DNA of 64,000 nt from an archaeon (GTDB lineage: Archaea > Nanobdellota > Nanobdellia > Pacearchaeales > GW2011-AR1): NCBI GenBank assembly GCA_021107855.1, contig JAIORZ010000011.1:199686-263685 (forward strand), given 5' to 3'. The notes beneath the pieces were generated by a model, which saw only the letters and a program-made list of their open reading frames with translations, did no database searches and was not told the DNA's origin. Shown here piece after piece: positions 27,033 through 36,337 of this stretch. The position numbers and the translations under genes are program-made. Position 1 is the stretch's first letter. The number at the start of each line of letters is the position of its first letter.

Positions 27033-27560
27033 TTATGCTTCTCTAAAATCTACGATGATATTCCCGTCTTCGTTTTTTCCTGCGTTCTCAATTACTAATC
27101 TGTATGGGGTTGGTGCTACGTCGAATTGTTTTTCCCCGAGGGTGCTGTTGTCAAATCTTATGTCCATCCGATATCCTACTTTTAATTCGACTTTGTATTC
27201 TCCGTCTTCTGTTGTTGTTACGTTCATGTTCCCGAATGGCACCGTCATCCCAATTTCACTGTAGGCAAAAGTTGATTTTAAAACCCAAGAGACTGTGTCG
27301 TCTGCAGAATTAATGACTAGAGTTCCTTTTTTTATGTCTAAATTTACGACTCTTCGGTTCCCTGGTGCTCGTGATACTTCGTAAACTTTACTGTCGATGC
27401 TTCCTAATGCTTCGATAGATTGCCCAATCATGACTTCGTCTTTTTTTGCGTTTATCTTCGGTAAAGCTCCTGCCAAAACCAAACCAATAATTGCCAGTCC
27501 GATTAATGTATAGATTACTGTTTCAATCCAGACTTGTCCGCGTTCGTTCAACCTCCTCAT
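27033..27560 (-). CDS. type IV pilin-like protein
   Basis: MRRLNERG|QVWIETVIYTLIGLAIIGLVL: prepilin-type cleavage motif with Glu at +5. Confidence 0.7.
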   Translation of the reverse strand: MRRLNERGQVWIETVIYTLIGLAIIGLVLAGALPKINAKKDEVMIGQSIEALGSIDSKVYEVSRAPGNRRVVNLDIKKGTLVINSADDTVSWVLKSTFAYSEIGMTVPFGNMNVTTTEDGEYKVELKVGYRMDIRFDNSTLGEKQFDVAPTPYRLVIENAGKNEDGNIIVDFREA

Positions 27561-27609
27561 GTTTTTAAAACATAAGAGTTCTTTATAATCTTTTCCAAAA
27601 AATTCAAAA

Positions 27610-27622
27610 GGCCAAAAAGGCC
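27610..27622 (-). terminator. GGCC-loop-GGCC hairpin followed by a T-run (on the minus strand)
   Basis: The minus strand reads TTTTTTTGGCCTTTTTGGCCTTTTGAATTTTTT immediately after the stop of the 27633 pilin gene. Confidence 0.4.
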
Positions 27623-27632
27623 AAAAAAATAA

Positions 27633-28118
27633 TTAACAAGCTTTTACTATTATAGGGCTTAAAGCTTCACAGGCTTCAGTAGTGTCTCCAACGACTACTA
27701 TAGGGGCTATATTAACTGTATCGATATCTGCGGCGTTAGTTGTCATATTGACATCCGGAATTAGAAAAGTTTTTTCTTCATTGGTTCCTGGAAGATCTGC
27801 GAGTGAGATACCGGTAATATCTGCTACGAGATTAATAGATTCTGTGGTTCCGTTAGAGGAGATTAAAACTTGAATATCCGCTAAATCAAAATCTGTAGCT
27901 CCGTGTCCGATTTGAATTTTTAAATCGCTTCCTTCTACGCATGTATATCCTTTATTTTCAATGCTTAATTGGGAAATTGCATCCAAACAGATGGTGCCTT
28001 TGCTTAATTGATTATTAATCATAGGAATAATAGCGGCCCAGATAATTGTGACGGCAGCGACGGTAATTAATATTATTAGAACAGTAGCTACGACGGCACT
28101 TATACCTTTTTTTTCCAT
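27633..28118 (-). CDS. archaeal type IV pilin (class III signal peptide)
   Basis: MEKKG|ISAVVATVLIILITVAAVTIIW. ATG at 28118, preceded by GGAGGT. Confidence 0.72.
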   Translation of the reverse strand: MEKKGISAVVATVLIILITVAAVTIIWAAIIPMINNQLSKGTICLDAISQLSIENKGYTCVEGSDLKIQIGHGATDFDLADIQVLISSNGTTESINLVADITGISLADLPGTNEEKTFLIPDVNMTTNAADIDTVNIAPIVVVGDTTEACEALSPIIVKAC

Positions 28119-28143
28119 TATTAAACCTCCTTTCATTAACATT

Positions 28144-28593
28144 TTAAATGACTACTCCTGAATCTAGGCAAGTGAATACGCTGTTGGAACTTGCCTCTTT
28201 TACGTTTCCGATTAGTGCAGGGTAAGCTATAATTTTGTCTGGGGTTTGTCCGTCTATCTCTAATGTCATGTGACTTTCGACTGATTTTCCTGCATCAATG
28301 GCTAAATCGAATTTACTTATTTTCGAGTCTCCGTCTTTGAACATTTTGATGTCTAGGTGTCTGATGTCGACGTTGCCCCTATTGACGACCTCTACTCTGC
28401 TTCCGTCTCTGTAGACTTCGAAATTTATTTTTTCGCAAACGTCTTCAATCGGTCCTCCGAATTTTTCTATCTGTTCCGCGATGAAGCCTCGGCTCCATAA
28501 AAATATCATACTTGCTAAAACTAGAACTAATAGAATCATTAACATGCTTGCAATTACTGGGGACAGCCCGTGCTTCCCAACGCCTCTTTTCAT
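28144..28593 (-). CDS. archaeal type IV pilin (class III signal peptide)
   Basis: MKRGVGKHG|LSPVIASMLMILLVLVLAS; the GLSPVIA motif is typical of archaeal Pilin_N. Confidence 0.72.
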   Translation of the reverse strand: MKRGVGKHGLSPVIASMLMILLVLVLASMIFLWSRGFIAEQIEKFGGPIEDVCEKINFEVYRDGSRVEVVNRGNVDIRHLDIKMFKDGDSKISKFDLAIDAGKSVESHMTLEIDGQTPDKIIAYPALIGNVKEASSNSVFTCLDSGVVI

Positions 28594-28652
28594 ATAGTTA
28601 TTTATTTCTATATTTTATAAATGTAGGTATTTTGGAGTAAGGAGATTCGGTA

Positions 28653-28976
28653 TTAAAGTTTCTGGTCTAGCCATTGTTTGATTGTGGATTCTGGTTGTGC
28701 GCCCACGAATTCGTCTACGATTTTACCGTTTTTGAAAAGTTTTACTGAAGGAATTGACATGACTCCGAATTTGGATGCCGCTTCGTGGTTGTCGTCTGTC
28801 GCTGCTTTTGCTAAAATGAATTTTCCTTGATATTCTTCTGTGATTTTTTCTAGGGTTGGTCCCAGCATCATGCAAGGTCCACACCAGCTCGCCCAGAAAT
28901 CTACTAGGACTGGCGTTTCTTGGGATTTTTCTATTACTTCTTTTTGGAAGTTTGCATCGGTTACTTCGATTTCCAT
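28653..28976 (-). CDS. trxA: thioredoxin
   Basis: 107 aa with WCGPC active site and the thioredoxin-fold length and pattern. Confidence 0.88.
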   Translation of the reverse strand: MEIEVTDANFQKEVIEKSQETPVLVDFWASWCGPCMMLGPTLEKITEEYQGKFILAKAATDDNHEAASKFGVMSIPSVKLFKNGKIVDEFVGAQPESTIKQWLDQKL

Positions 28977-29169
28977 GATTTCTTCAAATAATTATTTTTT
29001 ATAAAGGTTTGGAAAGAGTGTTTACAATTTTTGAAAGTGGTATGTTTTATTAATATTCGGGTGGGCAAAGATTTATATAGGTGTTTTTTGATTTTTAATT
29101 ATAAGTTAGAGTCCTTAGGCTTTGGTCATGGGGATTCAGGTCTGAGATTAGTTCTTGGGAATTTATGAA

Positions 29170-30594
29170 ATGGAAAAATTCGAGAGTCGCTTTAAAAAAG
29201 CTCACTTCCAATTTATTCCGAAAAGACAAATGGAAAAATTCGAAAAGTTAGGTCTTTGCGAACATGTTTTGAAAGTTGTTTCAAACAAAAAGTTTGTGAA
29301 ACCGTCGGAGATTCAGGAGAAAACGATTCCGTTGATTCTGGATGGTAAGGATGTCGTCGCTGGCTCTGCTACCGGTTCTGGGAAGACGTTGGCGTTTGGT
29401 GCGGGGATGATTAAGAATGTTTTGAAGGGTAAGGGTATTCAGGGTTTGGTTTTGACACCGACTCGTGAGTTGGCTGAGCAGGTTGCGGAGGCCTTGGGTG
29501 AGTTTGGTTATTATAAAGGGCTGGAAGTTGTTCCGGTATACGGTGGTGTTTCGATTGGGCATCAGAAGAAGAAGTTGGTATACGCGGATATTGTTGTTGC
29601 GACTCCTGGTAGACTGTTGGATCACTTGAAGCAGAGGTCGGTTGATTTGTCTAAAGTTGGTTTTTTAGTTTTGGATGAGGCGGATAGAATGTGGGATATG
29701 GGTTTTAAGTATGATGTTGGTAAAATTGTTGCTGCTTGCCCGAGGAAAAGACAGACCTTGCTTTTTTCGGCTACGATTAGTGGGGATTTAGCGGATTTTA
29801 GTGATAAGTACATGAAGGCGCCGGTCGAGGTTTTGGTTGATAATCATGTTGATACGAGTAAGTTGAGGCAGATTTATTATGATGTTCGCGACGGGGAGAA
29901 GTTTTCGTTGATGGTGCATTTGTTGAAGAGTGATAATGGTAGGTTGTCGATGGTGTTTTGTAATACTCGGAGGAACGCGGATTTTGTTGAGAAGAATTTG
30001 AGGGGAAATGGTGTTGATGCTAGGGTGATTCATGGGGGGATGGACCAGAGGAAGCGGATTAGGGTTTTGAAGGAATTTAGCGAGGGGCGGGTTTCTGTGA
30101 TTGTTTGTACTGACGTCGCTGCGAGGGGGCTTGATATTCAGGGAGTTAGTCATATTTATAATTATGATTTGCCGAGTGACCCGAAGGATTATATTCATAG
30201 GATTGGGAGGACGGCTCGGGCGGGAGAGAGTGGTTTGGCTGTTAATATTGTTGCAAGTCGGGATTATGATAATTTCTCGAATGTTTTGAGGAGGAATGAT
30301 GGGCTTAAGGTTGCTCGGGTTGAGACGCCTAGGTTTGATAGGGTGCGGATTGAGATGATAGAGAGGAAGCCGATGAGGAAAGGAAATTTTCGTGGTAATT
30401 CTAGGGGCGGTCCAAAAAGTAAGGGTTCATATAATAATAGAGGACGAGCGTCTTCGAGGACTGACGTGGGGCAGAGGACGATGCGTAAGAGCAGAGGGAG
30501 TCGTGATGGTCGAAGTAGAAGTCCAGTTAGGAAATCTAAGAGTGGATTTAGGGGCAGTGGTAGAAATACTAAGAATAGGGTTTCTCGGAGATAG
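29170..30594 (+). CDS. DEAD-box ATP-dependent RNA helicase with R/G/S-rich tail
   Basis: Q-motif region FVKPSEIQ, motif I AGSATGSGKT, VLDEADRM, SAT, HRIGRTARAG. The alternative start 29233 (MEKFEKLGL) lies in a 16-nt direct repeat of the first start region. Confidence 0.88.
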   Translation: MEKFESRFKKAHFQFIPKRQMEKFEKLGLCEHVLKVVSNKKFVKPSEIQEKTIPLILDGKDVVAGSATGSGKTLAFGAGMIKNVLKGKGIQGLVLTPTRELAEQVAEALGEFGYYKGLEVVPVYGGVSIGHQKKKLVYADIVVATPGRLLDHLKQRSVDLSKVGFLVLDEADRMWDMGFKYDVGKIVAACPRKRQTLLFSATISGDLADFSDKYMKAPVEVLVDNHVDTSKLRQIYYDVRDGEKFSLMVHLLKSDNGRLSMVFCNTRRNADFVEKNLRGNGVDARVIHGGMDQRKRIRVLKEFSEGRVSVIVCTDVAARGLDIQGVSHIYNYDLPSDPKDYIHRIGRTARAGESGLAVNIVASRDYDNFSNVLRRNDGLKVARVETPRFDRVRIEMIERKPMRKGNFRGNSRGGPKSKGSYNNRGRASSRTDVGQRTMRKSRGSRDGRSRSPVRKSKSGFRGSGRNTKNRVSRR

Positions 30595-30655
30595 GGTTGG
30601 ATATTAGAGATTGAAGTGCAATAATTCTTATAAAGATTTTTGGGTCTTGTCTTGG

Positions 30656-32377
30656 ATGCGAAAGGAGTTAGTTGATTTTGTTTTGAAGAATGAGTTGTCG
30701 CCGTTTAGTTTGAGTAAGACGTTGATTAAGAAGAGTGGGAGTATTTATAGGACGAAGGATGCGCGGAGTATTCATTCGAAGGTTTTAGCGAAGCTGTCGA
30801 GTGGGTTTGTTTTTGGAGAGAGTTCTAATTTGTGGAGTTGTTTTGGGCTTGATGGCGATTTGGATGAGGTGAAAAAGCGGCAGGAGTTTTTTTCTGGGTT
30901 GAAAAGTGAGAGTGGGGATTTTTTGAAGGAATTGAATAAACCGAGGGCTAGTTGGAAGCCGCGGTATGATGTTGTGATTGTGACCGAAGACGAGGGGACT
31001 TTTGTGAGTTTGAATAAACTGGGTTGTGGGGTTGTTTTGTTAACGAGCCAGAATGATGTTGCGGAGTTGGAGCGGTATGATGTTGTGCAGGTTGTTGATT
31101 GTGGGGATTTTAAGGGTGTTTTGGAGAGGTTGCCGCAGAGTGTTTTTTTGGAGAGTGCCGACGATGCTTATTTGGAAAGGTTCTTGGAGGAGCTGAGTGG
31201 TTGGCGGGAGAATTTTGCGGTTCTGAATGGGGCAAAAGTTTCTTCTGGTGTTCGTGAATGTTTAGATTCTTTGATGGAGAGTTTCGCTTTGTTAGAGAAT
31301 AAAGAGGGGAAGATTATTAGTGAGAGTGAGGTCGAGAGGGTTTTGGAGGAGGTGAATGAAGAGGTTGGGGAGAAAATTAAAGAGATGACGATTTCTGGTG
31401 AGGGGTTGATGAAGATGTTGGGGGAGGGGAAAATGCCGTCGGGGATTTTGGAGATTGTTCGGAGTGCGATTGAGAGGAGCGGGATTAGTGAACACGTTTT
31501 TAATTTTGGGGTGCCGGTGACGATTGATTATAAGGAGTTGGAGCATCAGGTTAAGGTGCAGAGTGCGAATGAGTTTACTGATGTTGCCGAGAGGATTAAG
31601 AGAAGTGCTTCGAAATTGAAAGGTATACCAGGGATTTTGAGGAGGCTTGAGGCGGAGATTGTTGTAGAGGATTTTTGCAATGGTGTTTGTGAATATATGT
31701 CGGAGCGAATGGAGTTTCCGAATTTTGGGAATGATTTATTTTTAGGCGATTGTTTGAATATGTTTTTGAGGGATGCTAAGCCGATTAGTTTTATTTTGGA
31801 TAGCGAGGTGAAGTGTTCGATTTTGACTGGGGCGAATTCTGGGGGGAAGACGACTTTGCTTGAGCATGTGTTGCAGAATATTAGTTTGTTTAGAATGGGT
31901 TTGCCTGTTATGGGGGAGTTTCGGAGTTTGATGTTTGACGAGGTTTATTATTTTGCGAAAACGAAGGGCTCGACGAGTAAGGGGGCTTTTGAGATGTTGT
32001 TGACGCAGATGGCTGGGATTAAGTCTGGAAAAAACACGCTTATTTTGGCGGATGAGATTGAGGCGGTGACGGAGCCTGGTGTTGCTGGGCGGATTATTGG
32101 GGCAACTGCTGAGTATTTTGTTGGAAAGGGTTGTTTTGTTATTTTGGCGACGCATTTGGGTGCGGAGATTGCTAAGGCTTTGCCCGAGGGTGCGAGGGTT
32201 GATGGGATTGAGGCGAGTGGTTTGGATGAGGATTTTAATTTGATTGTGAATCATAATCCGGTTTTAGGGAGGCTGGCTAGTTCGACGCCGGAGTTGATTG
32301 TGGAGAGGATGGCTGGTTCTATTGGCGGAGAGTATTTTGAGCATTTACTTGAGAAGATTAAGAAAAAGAATTTATAG
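30656..32377 (+). CDS. MutS-like ATPase (MutS domain V only; archaeal MutS2-like)
   Basis: Walker A GANSGGKTT, Walker B ILADEIEAVTEP, ATH. The ORF-track TTG start includes a TATA box (TTCTTATAAAG), so the ATG at 30656 is preferred. Confidence 0.65.
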   Translation: MRKELVDFVLKNELSPFSLSKTLIKKSGSIYRTKDARSIHSKVLAKLSSGFVFGESSNLWSCFGLDGDLDEVKKRQEFFSGLKSESGDFLKELNKPRASWKPRYDVVIVTEDEGTFVSLNKLGCGVVLLTSQNDVAELERYDVVQVVDCGDFKGVLERLPQSVFLESADDAYLERFLEELSGWRENFAVLNGAKVSSGVRECLDSLMESFALLENKEGKIISESEVERVLEEVNEEVGEKIKEMTISGEGLMKMLGEGKMPSGILEIVRSAIERSGISEHVFNFGVPVTIDYKELEHQVKVQSANEFTDVAERIKRSASKLKGIPGILRRLEAEIVVEDFCNGVCEYMSERMEFPNFGNDLFLGDCLNMFLRDAKPISFILDSEVKCSILTGANSGGKTTLLEHVLQNISLFRMGLPVMGEFRSLMFDEVYYFAKTKGSTSKGAFEMLLTQMAGIKSGKNTLILADEIEAVTEPGVAGRIIGATAEYFVGKGCFVILATHLGAEIAKALPEGARVDGIEASGLDEDFNLIVNHNPVLGRLASSTPELIVERMAGSIGGEYFEHLLEKIKKKNL

Positions 32378-32638
32378 AAGTCTGTTGTAGAGTTTGGCGA
32401 AGAGCCATGTTAGGATGAATGTGTCGATGCCGACGTAGAGTGCGCCAAGGAGTGAACCGCTGAGAGAGAGACTGTAGCCGAGTGGTCCGTAGAGAGTTTG
32501 GAGGAATGGGGTTATTGTGAGAATGTCCGGACTGATTAAAGCTAGGGTTGTTGCGAAGAGTGCTGTTGCTGAAGTGATTGCTGTTGCTGCGAAGGCGAGT
32601 TTTGTTGGTTCGAATTTTTTAGAGTTTTCTTTTTTCAT
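32372..32638 (-). CDS. small membrane protein
   Basis: 88 aa with two to three hydrophobic segments. Confidence 0.5.
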   Translation of the reverse strand: MKKENSKKFEPTKLAFAATAITSATALFATTLALISPDILTITPFLQTLYGPLGYSLSLSGSLLGALYVGIDTFILTWLFAKLYNRLL

Positions 32639-32674
32639 GGTTGTTTAAGGGTGTGCGGGTTTTTATAATTTTGT

Positions 32675-33244
32675 TTATTGATTTTGAAGGTCGTCTAATT
32701 TTAATAAAGCTTGGTGTCCCAGTAATGTCTTTTTAATTTTGAAATTCCAGTTTTGTAAAAAGTTGGTCGGGTCATCTTCGGGTTCTCTTCTTCCCCATCC
32801 TGTGTGTATGTGGGTGTATCCTTTTGTGCTTGATTTTATGAATTCTTCAAAAAGAGGATATGCGAGAACCCTGTTTTTTCTTTGTATTTTTATGTGGATA
32901 GATGCGATTTTGTTTTTTTCTTTGGGGTTTATGCTTATGCCGTTTATCCATATGCCTCCAGTTATGTATTGTTCCTCTGGAGAATTTATTTCCAGTGTTA
33001 TTATTGGATACCTTAGAAATCTTCTTCTTTCGTCTTGTTCTTCTCCGGTTGATAGAGTGTATTCATCTGTTTTTGAGAAGGGGACGCAATATAGGTTCCA
33101 GAATTCGAGGATTTTTTTGTCAAAACATGGCTTTTCTTTTTGAATCCATTTTTGTTTTTGGGCAGATGTTGTTAGATTATATAGTGCTTCATGTATGTTT
33201 ACATGTGCGTTTTCTCCAATCTGTATTTTTTGTAATATTGTCAT
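32675..33244 (-). CDS. hypothetical protein
   Basis: 189 aa; non-repetitive, ordinary-looking sequence; no motif recognised. Confidence 0.55.
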   Translation of the reverse strand: MTILQKIQIGENAHVNIHEALYNLTTSAQKQKWIQKEKPCFDKKILEFWNLYCVPFSKTDEYTLSTGEEQDERRRFLRYPIITLEINSPEEQYITGGIWINGISINPKEKNKIASIHIKIQRKNRVLAYPLFEEFIKSSTKGYTHIHTGWGRREPEDDPTNFLQNWNFKIKKTLLGHQALLKLDDLQNQ

Positions 33245-33319
33245 AATTTTTTAGTGGTATTTGTTTTTTAAAGGTTGTTGATTCGGCAGGTATTTAATGT
33301 GTTTTTGGGTTTATTCTGG

Positions 33320-34339
33320 ATGGTAAGAGTTAGGTATTCGTTTGGAAGTCGGCATACTGGTAGGATTGAGAATATTAAGAAGCAGCGGGCGAAGTATCCG
33401 GATGTGATGAAGAATGTGATAGAGATTTCGGATATTGTTTTGGAGATTTTGGACGCGAGGTTTGTTGAGGAGACGCGGAATTTGGCTGTTGAGGAGGATG
33501 TTTTGAAGTCGGGGAAGAAGTTGATTTATGTTTTTAATAAGTGCGATTTGGTTAGTCTTCGGAAGTTGGAGAAGAATTTGCCGAGGTGGATGAGGCCGTA
33601 TGTTTTTGTTTCGGCGACGAAGGGAATTGGGCTTGGGGATTTGAAGTCTCGGATTAAGATGGAGGCGAAGCGGATTTTGACTGCGCGGAAATCTAGTGGT
33701 GAGATGAGGGCTGTTGGGGATGGTGAGAAGAAGAAGCATGGGGTTGCTAGGAAGAGAGTGACGCAGGTGGAGAAGATGGCGATGGGAAAGAGGGATGAGA
33801 ATTGGGAGAGGGTTCATGTTGGGGTGATTGGGGTTCCGAATGCGGGGAAGAGTTCTGTGATTAATTTTGTTACGAGGAAAGGGGTTGCGAAGGTTGGGGG
33901 GAAGGCTGGGTTTACTAAGGGGATGCAGAAGATTAGGATGTCGGAGAATATTTTGATTTTGGATACGCCTGGGGTGATTCCGGAGAGTCGGTATACCACG
34001 GAGAAAAAGGGTTTTGCTGCTGATGTTAAGATTGGGGCGAGGAGTTATGGTGATGTTCGGGACCCTGAGGGTGCGGTTGCTTATTTGATTATGGCGCCAC
34101 CGCCGGTTGATGAAGAAAATTTGACTGAGGATGAGATTGCGACGATTAATGAGTGTGAGAGAAATGCTAAGGTAATTGATAAGTTTTATGGGATTGATGC
34201 TCGGGGGGATAGTGAGGTTTTGATTGAGGAGCTTGGGAGGAAGAAGGGGTTTTTGGGGAAGGGGGGGGTTGTTGATGAGGATAGGGCAGCAAGGTTGGTT
34301 TTGAGGGATTGGCAGGAAGGGAATATTAAAGTTAAATGA
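33320..34339 (+). CDS. circularly permuted GTPase (YlqF/YawG family)
   Basis: G4 NKCDL precedes G1 GVPNAGKSS and G3 DTPG, the permuted order. ATG at 33320. Confidence 0.75.
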   Translation: MVRVRYSFGSRHTGRIENIKKQRAKYPDVMKNVIEISDIVLEILDARFVEETRNLAVEEDVLKSGKKLIYVFNKCDLVSLRKLEKNLPRWMRPYVFVSATKGIGLGDLKSRIKMEAKRILTARKSSGEMRAVGDGEKKKHGVARKRVTQVEKMAMGKRDENWERVHVGVIGVPNAGKSSVINFVTRKGVAKVGGKAGFTKGMQKIRMSENILILDTPGVIPESRYTTEKKGFAADVKIGARSYGDVRDPEGAVAYLIMAPPPVDEENLTEDEIATINECERNAKVIDKFYGIDARGDSEVLIEELGRKKGFLGKGGVVDEDRAARLVLRDWQEGNIKVK

Positions 34340-34399
34340 AGTATAATAATTTTTAAATAGGATATATTCTTAAGAGTGATACTTTGGAGTTTTAAAAAA

Positions 34400-34996
34400 A
34401 TGTATAAATTTAGTAAAGGAGAGTGGGACAAAGTAACGGAAGGTTCTTCTAAGGCAGGTGTTTGCTGGAATTGTAATAATAAGGTGGCTTCAGAAAAATA
34501 TTATTGTTCTTATTTTGCAGGAAGCCCCATCAGTTATATTTATATTTGTCCTCATTGTAATGCTCCAATTATAATCGATGGAGAGAGTAAGAAAATATTA
34601 CTACCGTTGCCAGGAACAGAAATAAAGAATCTTCCGAAGGATATCGAGATGATTTATTTTGAAATTAGGAGATGTGTGCAATCTGGATGTTCTAATGGGG
34701 CTATAATGCTAATGAGAAAATTGATTATGCATGTTGCCGTTGAAGAGGGTGCCGATGAGGGGAAAAGTTTTGTTAAATATGTAGATTATTTATATGATAA
34801 TGGAATTGTCCCAAAAAAAAGCAAGAAGAAAGTAGATTCTGTAAGGACAATCGGAAATTCTGCTAATCATGAGATAGAAGGTCGTACCTTAGAGGAGGCT
34901 CAAAATTCTTTTGAATTTATAGAGTTATTATTGAAAGTGAATTATGAGTTTGCAGATAAAGAGCTGGAAGAAGAAGTTGTGGGCAATCAAAGTTAA
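34400..34996 (+). CDS. DUF4145-like protein with N-terminal zinc ribbon
   Basis: CWNCNN..CPHCNAP, then the C-terminal pattern AIMLMRKLIMHV..VDYL..GIVP..VDSVRTIGNSANHE. The coding strand is A-rich, atypical for plus-strand genes here. Confidence 0.55.
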   Translation: MYKFSKGEWDKVTEGSSKAGVCWNCNNKVASEKYYCSYFAGSPISYIYICPHCNAPIIIDGESKKILLPLPGTEIKNLPKDIEMIYFEIRRCVQSGCSNGAIMLMRKLIMHVAVEEGADEGKSFVKYVDYLYDNGIVPKKSKKKVDSVRTIGNSANHEIEGRTLEEAQNSFEFIELLLKVNYEFADKELEEEVVGNQS

Positions 34997-35030
34997 ATAG
35001 TTTTATATAGGGAGAAATTTATTTTATAAG

Positions 35031-35387
35031 ATGGCATTTGGAAAATTTAAGGACAAGTCGAAGCCGAATAAGGCGAAGGTTTTTGTTAATGGCGAGGAGA
35101 AGGTCGTTCGTGTGAAGTTGCCGAAGGGTCGTGAGGTTATTGGGATTATTGCGCAGAGGTGTGGGGCTTCTAGGATGTTGGTTTCGTGTATGGACGGGAA
35201 GACGAGGAATTGTAGGGTGCCGGGGAGGAAGAGGCGGGGGCTTTGGTTGAGAGAGGGGAATGCGATTATTATTGAGCCGTGGGAGTTTGATGATGAGAAG
35301 GGAGATGTTTTGTTTAAGTATACGGATAATCAGGTTGTTAAACTCAAAGAAATGGGAAAATTGACTACAGATGAGAGTGAGTTCTAG
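35031..35387 (+). CDS. eif1a: translation initiation factor aIF-1A
   Basis: 118 aa S1-like OB fold: GREVIGIIAQRCGASRMLVSCMDGKTRNCRVPGRKRRGLWLREGNAIIIEPW. Confidence 0.88.
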   Translation: MAFGKFKDKSKPNKAKVFVNGEEKVVRVKLPKGREVIGIIAQRCGASRMLVSCMDGKTRNCRVPGRKRRGLWLREGNAIIIEPWEFDDEKGDVLFKYTDNQVVKLKEMGKLTTDESEF

Positions 35388-35472
35388 TTAAAATTATAAA
35401 GTTGAAAGTTGTTAATTTTTTCGGCGTTAAGAAATTTAAAGTTTTTAAATTGAATTTAGGATGGTATGTGCA

Positions 35473-36114
35473 TTATTTCTTAGATTTCACCTTATCAATA
35501 ATAAATCCTATAGCTGAAAGAATAAAAGTGATAAGTGACCCCCAGAATAATATAATAATTGGGAGTAATAAAATTAGACCATCCCCATCTGAGATAGGGG
35601 CTATAATTAGAAAAAGAACCATTGATAAAATTATTGTTAAGATTATTCCCCAGGTTAAAAAGCCAAAAGTTAATTTTTGTTTTTTATAAAATAGTGAGTC
35701 TCCCCACAATTTGTAAGAGAGATAAGACATGAATATTGTAGGGATTAAAAACCAAAGATTGACCAATGAATCTGTATCTGCAATATAACCTATAGATAAT
35801 ATTTGAGAAACAGTTAAATAAATCATAGAAGCTAAAATTATTATTCCTGTCAAAGATGCTAAACTTACTATTGTTAAAGCTACCTTTTCTTTCTTGATGA
35901 GAAAAACAAAACTAAGCAATAAACCAATAATTACTAAAGCTACAATCCAGAAAAATATATAAGTAGAATTAGTAAAAATGGATGCATTCTCTTTCTCATA
36001 AGCATCTATTGTATCAACTTGTGGCTCTTGTAATTGTGGTGGTGCTTCAGGGATGGCTATTACAAAATTGGTTAAAATGATTAAAAATAAGAACATTGAG
36101 AATAATTGTTTCAT
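35473..36114 (-). CDS. polytopic membrane protein with signal peptide
   Basis: 213 aa, about 6 TM helices. Coding strand is T-rich, so the + strand is locally A-rich and breaks the window-wide skew. Confidence 0.6.
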   Translation of the reverse strand: MKQLFSMFLFLIILTNFVIAIPEAPPQLQEPQVDTIDAYEKENASIFTNSTYIFFWIVALVIIGLLLSFVFLIKKEKVALTIVSLASLTGIIILASMIYLTVSQILSIGYIADTDSLVNLWFLIPTIFMSYLSYKLWGDSLFYKKQKLTFGFLTWGIILTIILSMVLFLIIAPISDGDGLILLLPIIILFWGSLITFILSAIGFIIDKVKSKK

Positions 36115-36337
36115 ATAATCTTGATAACTATTTTATTTAAATAATTTTCTTTTTCGGGTATCGTTTAAGTGGGGATTAGATATAAGAGATTCAAATTTTA
36201 GCCGAAGAAAAAAATTTATTGAACATTGAGGTATACTAAATTTTCCACTTGTTTCATAGGTTTTCAGTAGAAATGACATTGTTTCTTGTGGAGGATGAAA
36301 GAGCAATCTTATAAAGTTGAGAGGTGTCTGGTTTTTT

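Noticed and set aside
35402-35689. 95-aa plus-strand ORF.
   Set aside because: It is antisense to the 213-aa polytopic membrane gene, which has a signal peptide and coherent TM helices. It has a TTG start and no support.
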